DNA of 12,752 nt from an uncultured bacterium (lineage in GTDB: Bacteria; JAJVIF01; JAPKYR01): the NCBI GenBank assembly GCA_965369865.1, contig CBDURU010000104.1:1-12752 (forward strand). Reading direction: 5' to 3'. The position numbers and the translations under genes were made by a program. A model generated the notes under the pieces. The model saw nothing but the letters and a program-made list of their open reading frames with translations. It searched no databases and was not told the origin of the DNA. This document shows positions 1 through 6,506 of the stretch, piece after piece. Position 1 is the first letter of the stretch; each line of letters starts with the position of its first letter.

Positions 1-2
1 GG

Positions 3-1208
3 GATGAGCGATACCAGACGCTACATAACACAACCAACTCCGATCCGTATCCGTATGATGTAAGGGCACTGGCTCCCAACAGGATAAGCCTGCTTTATTA
101 CGGGACAACCTATTATCCCAATACTCGTTACTGGCGCGGGTTAGGTCAATTTGTCGATCTCGATGGAACTTCGGACCCGAATCCCACATCTGCAATTACC
201 AGGATCACATATGAGCACCAGCTTGTCGAGCCCCGGCATCCCGAAGCCTATGCAGAGGCCTTTAGCGGGTTGGGGAAAAATTTCCAGATGGTAGTTAATC
301 GACAGGATGCAAATGCGGTCGAAGACCTGTCTGAATTCGTAATATCACGATCGTTTGAGGTTAAGGATCCTACTGTCCGTTCACCGGAGGTCGGGGATAC
401 GGCACGCCGGGCTGAGGATCCGGGTCTTGGGAGTGTAGACGATCAGATGAGGATCGATAGTGAATATCTCAGGCAGCCGGTAGCCGACCATGTTATCAAC
501 CTTCGTTTCCGTTACTGGAATATTAGCGGAGGCGAGATGATCGAAATCAGGTTCGATCCTGATGAATCGACCATCGGCGGTGACTCGATCGATTCAGATG
601 ACGGGTACTACAGGTATTTCAATATCTACGGCGATGAAATTTATGTCTGGTACAACAAGACCCCGGGTATAAATCAGATGGTGCCGCTGCTGCCATTGCC
701 CTGTGACCAGAACGATTGCGACAACGTACCGTCTAATTCATTTATGATAAACGGCGGGGTTAGTGGCACCGATGAGTACGAACGCGGGCTGTTATTATTT
801 GAGGGCTGGAGATTTGTGAATGCAATCAGCATTACAGTAAAAACAACAAATAACCGTACTCTGCAGATCTACAAATCCTCAGTTAATCAGAATATCGCAA
901 CGAACCCGAATAACCCGGACTACGGCATGGGATTCATCGATTTCGGTCTCAGTGAGGCATTTACCGATGCTGAGGACCAAACGCTGAATATCTACGAACC
1001 GTTGTACCAGGCTGCCGATAATGTGCGGTTCAGTACGGCGCCGGTCGGAACAATTACCGATGCGTTTGATTTTGTCGAGCCGAACATGAATCCAAATTAC
1101 AACGCAGGTGCGTTCACGACACTTCAGACTTTAGTCCAGTCGCCGACACTTGCCCAGAATTCTGACGCGGCATTGAATGAACTGCTGTACAGGTTCTGGA
1201 ATCAGTAA
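3..1208 (+). CDS. Large minor (pseudo)pilin-like protein, GspJ/PilW-like; 5'-truncated by the window edge (>401 aa)
   Basis: Frame 3 has no stop from position 3 (DERYQTLHNTTNSDPYPY...) through the TTG at 270 to TAA at 1206-1208, so the true start is upstream of the window. Motifs VADHVINLRFRYW (480-518) and FVNAISITVKT (813-845) resemble the 'LA..V..L.F.Y' and 'V.AV.I.L' strands of GspJ/PilW-type minor pilins. It lies directly upstream of a GspK-like gene. The diagnostic prepilin N-terminus is not visible, so the product call is inference. Confidence 0.6.
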   Translation, partial: DERYQTLHNTTNSDPYPYDVRALAPNRISLLYYGTTYYPNTRYWRGLGQFVDLDGTSDPNPTSAITRITYEHQLVEPRHPEAYAEAFSGLGKNFQMVVNRQDANAVEDLSEFVISRSFEVKDPTVRSPEVGDTARRAEDPGLGSVDDQMRIDSEYLRQPVADHVINLRFRYWNISGGEMIEIRFDPDESTIGGDSIDSDDGYYRYFNIYGDEIYVWYNKTPGINQMVPLLPLPCDQNDCDNVPSNSFMINGGVSGTDEYERGLLLFEGWRFVNAISITVKTTNNRTLQIYKSSVNQNIATNPNNPDYGMGFIDFGLSEAFTDAEDQTLNIYEPLYQAADNVRFSTAPVGTITDAFDFVEPNMNPNYNAGAFTTLQTLVQSPTLAQNSDAALNELLYRFWNQ

Positions 1209-1252
1209 ACTTATTTTTTCCAAATGATGATTTACAATGGTGAAAGCAATCG

Positions 1253-1257
1253 GGTGA
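1253..1257 (+). promoter_or_regulatory. Probable ribosome-binding site (GGTGA) for ATG at 1263
   Basis: GGTGA is complementary to UCACC of the 16S rRNA 3' end and lies 5 nt before ATG 1263. No SD-like sequence precedes ATG 1224/1227. Confidence 0.5.
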
Positions 1258-1262
1258 ACGCT

Positions 1263-4200
1263 ATGAGAGCAAAAACCACCAGAAAAAATTCAAAGGGCTT
1301 CCGGGATGAACGTGGCGTGGTGTTGATCGCCGTGCTGATGTTCATAGCGATGATCCTGCCAATTACTTTGTTAATCCTGGATTCGGTACGGATCGAAAGC
1401 CTACTGCCGGTGAATGAGGCATACATGAAAACTGCCGGTGATGAGGCGGATAAAGGTTTCCAGGATGCGCTGGCAGCGATTATCGCTGACCAGGATCACT
1501 GGCTGGTTGATTCATCAAGGGATATCACCGATCCATTGCAGCAGTATTTTGTGGACACCGATCCGGATTCCCGGTCCGGAAAGCACGAATTCGATTACCT
1601 CGCCGAGATGTGGGCGAGACATCCTGACAACGATACATTATTTCTTGTCGAGCGTTCGCTTGAGAATATCCCTCACGTTGATAACCCGGATGCCGGCGGC
1701 GATGAAGACATTCACAGTGTGCCGTGCCGTTGGCAGTTAATGGATGTGCCTTTTGGCATGGATGATTTCGGCGAGTACTACGATGGCGGTGGAGATTCGC
1801 CAAAGCTCCTGTTGCCGTTTGAGTATGTAGGGGAATACCTTGACATTAATGCCGATGTTGCTGACATTCAGTATCCGGCGTTCTACATCGATCCAAGCGA
1901 ACTCAGCATGCTGAATCTGCAAAATGATGTGCCTGCAAGTTCCCCAGCCAAATTCTCATCTATCGACCTGGCCGGGCTTGCATGGGCTGTTTCACCGGCG
2001 GATCCGAATTTTTACGAAAACCTTAATTCCCTCGACACGATAGTCCAGTTCGCACCGCGCCCGGCGAGTTATTTCCGGAACACTTCCGGCGATCGAGACG
2101 GCGGATTGATCGGCCTCCCGAATGATGAAGGTTCGGTCACTTTTGCTTTTGTGCAGGAGGACGGCGACGCGATTGACCGGTTCGTGTATGACTGTTTCTA
2201 TGATTACAACAATAATACCAACCAGTACCTTGAGTACATGCCGTTGCAGCAGGCGGTTTCCGAATCGACCTGGGCGAACCAGTATTTCGGGTCAACCGGC
2301 GCAAGTACTCTTATTACGGCAGCTTTTATAACCTCAAATAAAGAATACAAGCCTACACCAGGCACGATTACACGTTACCAGCTTGGCGCCGAAGAGGACG
2401 ACGCAGTACCTGGCTGGCACGAGGCTATTGTTTCCGATGAATCCAACCGTTTCCCAATCAATTACCTTTTAAACATCATCTACTCATCGGACAACTTGAA
2501 TTACATTGGGTCCAACAGTGACAACCCGATAGTCGAGCGGGATGACTTTGAAGATGATGATCCATGGACAGCAAGCTCCCCTAATTACGGTGGGTACTTG
2601 CTCGCGAGGGATATCCTTACCAGCCTTTTACTTGAAGATGGCGATATGGCACGCCTGGCCGACAGTTGGGACCAGGCTCGCTTCGATTCATACCAGGCGA
2701 AGGCGGTCTGGCTGCTCAGGCAGATGCTCAGGCGCCGGGAGCAACTGGACGATTCGACCGACTTCAATCGTAACGGTGATTACGATGATGATATTTCGTA
2801 TGGTGAGATTTTCCAATATCCTGAAATGACAGGAAACGACCCCACGGAACTCCTTCGTGACGGCTCCGGCCGTATGGGCGACGGTCAGGACCTCTGGGAC
2901 GGTACATGGAGGGTGTTCACAAATCCCAAGGACCTGCTTGCTAACTTCCGGGGGGTAAATCCAGGTATTGGCGATGAGTTAACACCCGGGAACTTTGCAA
3001 CGCTGAACCAGAGGGTAACTTTCTATTCAATGGATACCGAGCATACTGCTGACCCTGACCATACTCCCATAAGCGGTGGTGGATTCTTCGGGGCACTTGA
3101 TGTCAGGCTCAATGTCCAGAAAATGGCAAAGAGCGATAACCCATCAACTCTCTGGCAGGATGAAAGTGCGTTATGGGGAATCTTACGAAGGGAGATCGGC
3201 AGTAGTCGTGCCCAGAGTATTTTAAACTGGCGTGACGGCCTTGTGGACCTTAATGGTGATGGTGATCTTCTGGATGAATTCATCGAGCAACCCGTCGCGA
3301 TTGTAAGGTACGATCCGACCCAGGAAAGTTACGAGGATTTAGATAATTTCCCTGTCAGCACAATAACTTACCGGGAGCGAAACCATTCCAACTTCCAGGA
3401 TCCACTTCTCGACCCCGAGTTTATCGATCCCGACTACCTGAATATCAGGAACCTCGGGGATATGATCACGATCCCGATGAGTTTCAATTCGGGGATGATT
3501 GCTTACTCAACGGCGAACACCCCCGGGCAGCTTCCCGACCTGGTGATTAAAACCGAGAATAACCAGGACCCGGATGGTGTAGCTATAACGTTCCCGGACA
3601 GGGTGTATCCTGATTTCTCCAACACCGGGGCTGAAATAGCGTATGACGATCAGACTGAAGTTTACCGAAACGATCTCATGCTGTCGAATGAACAGTCAGT
3701 CTGGAATGACCGGAAGCATCCTTCATGGGGGCCCGGCGACGGAACGATCTGCTATTACGATCTTGATGATGATATTCATCTGTATGATTTCGCGGCTGAT
3801 ACTGATAATGAAGTACTCGCTGATGCAGGGATGCCGCCGGATATTACGGATACGACGAGCCTTACAAATTTCTGGGGTGTGTGGAACTCAAATAATCTTA
3901 TTGGTAATGCGATATTCGAGATGGGCAGTCCCGATATCTCCCCATCAGGGGGTAATAACGAGATCGCATTCTCCCAGGTAAACTCCACCATATCCACCGG
4001 GGATGAATTCCTGGACCCGGACGTTGCGTACAATATTGTGAGTGTCCGGACCGATGGGACATCACTTGATTTACTCACTGACAATGACTTGGGCACATAC
4101 GATTACGCGCCGGATTTCTCGCCGGATGGCAATGATATTGTGTTCACAAAAACAACATATAATCCGCAGGGATTTGGTATAACCGTGACCCTTGATGGTA

Positions 4201-6083
4201 TTACATTCACAAATCTTTATGAAATGAGCCGGACAGGCGGGAATCCCAATCCGATGGTTAACTGGTTCCAACCGGCTGTATTTTCACAGAATGTAGATGA
4301 CGGCTATGTTACGTGGCATTTTGAAGATCCGAATGATATGTCAACTCCAATAATTATCCATTTACATCAGCCCATGTTCCCAAGCTATTCGCCGGACGGG
4401 GACGAGATAATTTTCATGGACCTGCTGGTTTCAATAAGAGCGCTTCCAAATGGCAACTTCAACGCCTATGGTACCGAGGTTGAGTTATATAAAATCGATG
4501 CTGGTACAATTATGGGTACCTGGAACCAGGTTACATCCCGGGTCACCAATCCCGCTACGCCCGGTGTTTACGAAATTTTCCCGGACTGGGGTGTCGGCAA
4601 AGTACAGCTTGCGTACCAGAATAATACCGACTTCGGCACACTCAGGGGAAGAGCGGTCGACATGTCAACGGCAAGCCAGGCAACGACGGACACGGACAAT
4701 GGCGGTGTGTTCACCGAACAGGATCGTGAGTGGATCGCCACTGATATTCAGAATGCATCCCTCGCGCTTCGCAAGTCGATTGGATTCGGAGCTGACGATC
4801 AGAACTGGCTGTTGAAAGATTTACCGTCAGTACCTGAACATGTTGTGGACGTGCTTGAGGTAATCGGCGATGTCATCTGCTTCCGCGACCCGTACGTTAC
4901 TTATGATTCCAGGTATGGCGGCACAGACCCGTTTGCAGGGATCATGGTCCCGCCTCTCCAGGCATATCCGGGCAGGGTGAATATCAATACGGCATCGAGA
5001 CCGGTATTAAGGTCGTTGTTCCTGATGATGTTCCAGGGTCCCGAACAGGATATCGATAATTCTAATGGAGTTAACGGTCCGCACCCTAGAGTGAGCAGTG
5101 GTTTGACAAGCAATTACCTGAACCTCAGGACGAGCGCCACAGGCGACTATGACAGGTTCATGGCGATGATGATTGCGGACAAGTACGCTCACCAGGTGTG
5201 CGAATACAGACGATGGGTTTATAACAACCAGGGCCATCTTGGGATCACGGATGAAACAGTTCCAAGTAATTTACCAATATACGAAACTGCTTTCCAGAAC
5301 GACTCGATCTTTACAAGCCATTATCGAAATTACAGGGCGAACCCGTTTTACCCGTTAGTGGATACCGATAATGACCCAAGTAACGACCCGGATATTAACA
5401 GAAGCAGTCCCGATCCGCCTTTCAGGTCAATCGCCGATCTCTTCAGGGTCATGGTCTATGACGATGATACATTCGGTGAGGACTGGACTTATGAGGGAAT
5501 CGGGTCTGCCGCGGGACCTGCCTCCGGAGACCTTCCAAGGGCTTATGATTCCGATGGTAACCCGACAGGATCACTGAACGCCCTTGATGTTTTCGGTCCG
5601 ATTTATAATGCATCCGATGAGAGAACCTGCACGCATCCCGATGACGGCGGCCATCTTGCCGGCGGTACGATGTACGGGTTCAGTGCGCGAGTAGATAACG
5701 ATTTCGATACCTCGGTGAATCCGTTTTACAACAATTTCTACGAGCATCAGATGTTCAGGCTGTTCTCCGCGGATGATTTCAGAAGGATCGCACCGTTAAT
5801 TACCACTCGCACCTATAATTACCGGATTGAAAGTCGAGGTGTTCTCAGGATAGCGTCGGGTGCGGCCAGGACGGATATCCATCGGGATAAAATCTGGATC
5901 ATCACAACCAACACCGATGCGGCTTTCGGTGGAAGGGTGCAGCCCTCGCTGGATCTTACCAATGCTTTCGATACGAGTTTTACAGCCCAGAATCGTGGAG
6001 ACGATGAATATTATGTGCTGTATTTCGAAGAAACACCGCAGAGCGGGCTGGCAATAACACGGGGAAATTTTGTACCGGATTGA
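1263..6083 (+). CDS. gspK: Giant GspK-family (PilX-like) minor pseudopilin, ~1606 aa, with HhH-like repeats and an inserted TolB/PD40-like beta-propeller
   Basis: Basic leader MRAKTTRKNSKGFRDERG|VVLIAVLMFIAMILPITLLIL is a class III signal peptide (Gly at 1314-1316, no Glu at +5, as in GspK/PilX). GspK-like motifs: DYLAEMWA (1593-1616), SDESNRFPIN (2433-2462), GRVNINTASRPVLRSLF (4971-5021), PFRSIADLFRV (5418-5450), FRRIAPLITTRTYNYRIESRG (5778-5840). PD40-like repeats at 3498-4592. The ORF track starts it at 1224; 1263 is preferred because of the RBS. Ends in tandem stops TGA TAA. Confidence 0.8.
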   Translation: MRAKTTRKNSKGFRDERGVVLIAVLMFIAMILPITLLILDSVRIESLLPVNEAYMKTAGDEADKGFQDALAAIIADQDHWLVDSSRDITDPLQQYFVDTDPDSRSGKHEFDYLAEMWARHPDNDTLFLVERSLENIPHVDNPDAGGDEDIHSVPCRWQLMDVPFGMDDFGEYYDGGGDSPKLLLPFEYVGEYLDINADVADIQYPAFYIDPSELSMLNLQNDVPASSPAKFSSIDLAGLAWAVSPADPNFYENLNSLDTIVQFAPRPASYFRNTSGDRDGGLIGLPNDEGSVTFAFVQEDGDAIDRFVYDCFYDYNNNTNQYLEYMPLQQAVSESTWANQYFGSTGASTLITAAFITSNKEYKPTPGTITRYQLGAEEDDAVPGWHEAIVSDESNRFPINYLLNIIYSSDNLNYIGSNSDNPIVERDDFEDDDPWTASSPNYGGYLLARDILTSLLLEDGDMARLADSWDQARFDSYQAKAVWLLRQMLRRREQLDDSTDFNRNGDYDDDISYGEIFQYPEMTGNDPTELLRDGSGRMGDGQDLWDGTWRVFTNPKDLLANFRGVNPGIGDELTPGNFATLNQRVTFYSMDTEHTADPDHTPISGGGFFGALDVRLNVQKMAKSDNPSTLWQDESALWGILRREIGSSRAQSILNWRDGLVDLNGDGDLLDEFIEQPVAIVRYDPTQESYEDLDNFPVSTITYRERNHSNFQDPLLDPEFIDPDYLNIRNLGDMITIPMSFNSGMIAYSTANTPGQLPDLVIKTENNQDPDGVAITFPDRVYPDFSNTGAEIAYDDQTEVYRNDLMLSNEQSVWNDRKHPSWGPGDGTICYYDLDDDIHLYDFAADTDNEVLADAGMPPDITDTTSLTNFWGVWNSNNLIGNAIFEMGSPDISPSGGNNEIAFSQVNSTISTGDEFLDPDVAYNIVSVRTDGTSLDLLTDNDLGTYDYAPDFSPDGNDIVFTKTTYNPQGFGITVTLDGITFTNLYEMSRTGGNPNPMVNWFQPAVFSQNVDDGYVTWHFEDPNDMSTPIIIHLHQPMFPSYSPDGDEIIFMDLLVSIRALPNGNFNAYGTEVELYKIDAGTIMGTWNQVTSRVTNPATPGVYEIFPDWGVGKVQLAYQNNTDFGTLRGRAVDMSTASQATTDTDNGGVFTEQDREWIATDIQNASLALRKSIGFGADDQNWLLKDLPSVPEHVVDVLEVIGDVICFRDPYVTYDSRYGGTDPFAGIMVPPLQAYPGRVNINTASRPVLRSLFLMMFQGPEQDIDNSNGVNGPHPRVSSGLTSNYLNLRTSATGDYDRFMAMMIADKYAHQVCEYRRWVYNNQGHLGITDETVPSNLPIYETAFQNDSIFTSHYRNYRANPFYPLVDTDNDPSNDPDINRSSPDPPFRSIADLFRVMVYDDDTFGEDWTYEGIGSAAGPASGDLPRAYDSDGNPTGSLNALDVFGPIYNASDERTCTHPDDGGHLAGGTMYGFSARVDNDFDTSVNPFYNNFYEHQMFRLFSADDFRRIAPLITTRTYNYRIESRGVLRIASGAARTDIHRDKIWIITTNTDAAFGGRVQPSLDLTNAFDTSFTAQNRGDDEYYVLYFEETPQSGLAITRGNFVPD
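3498..4592 (+). repeat. Intragenic PD40/TolB-like beta-propeller repeats (about 6 blades)
   Basis: YPDFSNTGAEIAY (3606-3644), HPSWGPGDGTICY (3717-3755), SPDISPSGGNNEIAFS (3927-3974), YAPDFSPDGNDIVFT (4104-4148), FPSYSPDGDEIIFM (4377-4418), plus a split repeat IAYS (3498-3509) / FPDWG (4578-4592). These match the P-x-[WF]-S-P-D-G-x-x-I-x-[FY] consensus. Confidence 0.85.
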
Positions 6084-6103
6084 TAACTGAGAATGATTTC
6101 ATG

Positions 6104-6135
6104 AAACCGGGGTACTGGTGTATCCCGGTTTTTTT
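6104..6135 (+). terminator. Rho-independent terminator after the gspK-like gene
   Basis: Stem AAACCGGGGTAC (6104-6115) / GTATCCCGGTTT (6120-6131), 12 bp with one G-U pair and loop TGGT, running into a T7 tract (6129-6135), 20 nt after the stop codon. Confidence 0.9.
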
Positions 6136-6381
6136 ATAACCTTAACTTAATAAGACGATTGAAAATAATTCGGGACGATATCAGGGCAGGCGGGTGATAT
6201 CCGAAATTAGGGAGAATTGCCATTCATTTGAGTGCCGGGGACTGGTTGAATCCGACTACTATTTTGGACTGAACCTTTATCAACTGACCTGCGTCATAAG
6301 CACACTAAGAAAAGTATGGATGGAGGAGAGAGATAACCTCCCGAACATCATATTTTAACCCAAAGTAAGCGGTGAGTTAAC

Positions 6382-6410
6382 TTGACTTTCACCTACCGCA
6401 CAACTATCAT
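6382..6410 (+). promoter_or_regulatory. Sigma70-type promoter for the secretin gene
   Basis: TTGACT (6382-6387), 17-nt spacer, TATCAT (6405-6410): 5/6 matches to both consensus hexamers with optimal spacing, about 100 nt upstream of GTG 6507. A second TATAAT at 6433-6438 lacks a good -35. Confidence 0.65.
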
Positions 6411-6492
6411 GATCACTTTGGTATTGCTTATTTATAATGTACTTTTTCGCGTTTCAAACGTGGGAATTTTTTATCTATTATCCATGTTTTCC

Positions 6493-6498
6493 AGGAGG
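6493..6498 (+). promoter_or_regulatory. Ribosome-binding site of the secretin gene
   Basis: AGGAGG 8 nt upstream of GTG 6507. Confidence 0.85.
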
Positions 6499-6506
6499 AA
6501 ATCTTT

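Noticed and set aside
270..272. TTG start given by the ORF track for the first gene
   Set aside because: The frame is open and protein-like from base 3, so the real start lies upstream of the window.
1224..1262. ATG 1224/1227 as start of the K-like gene
   Set aside because: No SD precedes it. ATG 1263 has GGTGA and gives a typical 18-aa basic prepilin leader. Not formally excluded.
3498..4592. Separate tolB or pilY1 gene
   Set aside because: The propeller is in frame inside the K-like ORF with GspK-like motifs on both sides, and there is no tol-pal context or PilY1 signature.
6184..6240. c-di-GMP-I riboswitch upstream of pilQ
   Set aside because: A GAAA and GGCA/TGCC are present, but the conserved GGCAAA...GGGACGCAAAG core is not, and the region lies upstream of the predicted promoter.
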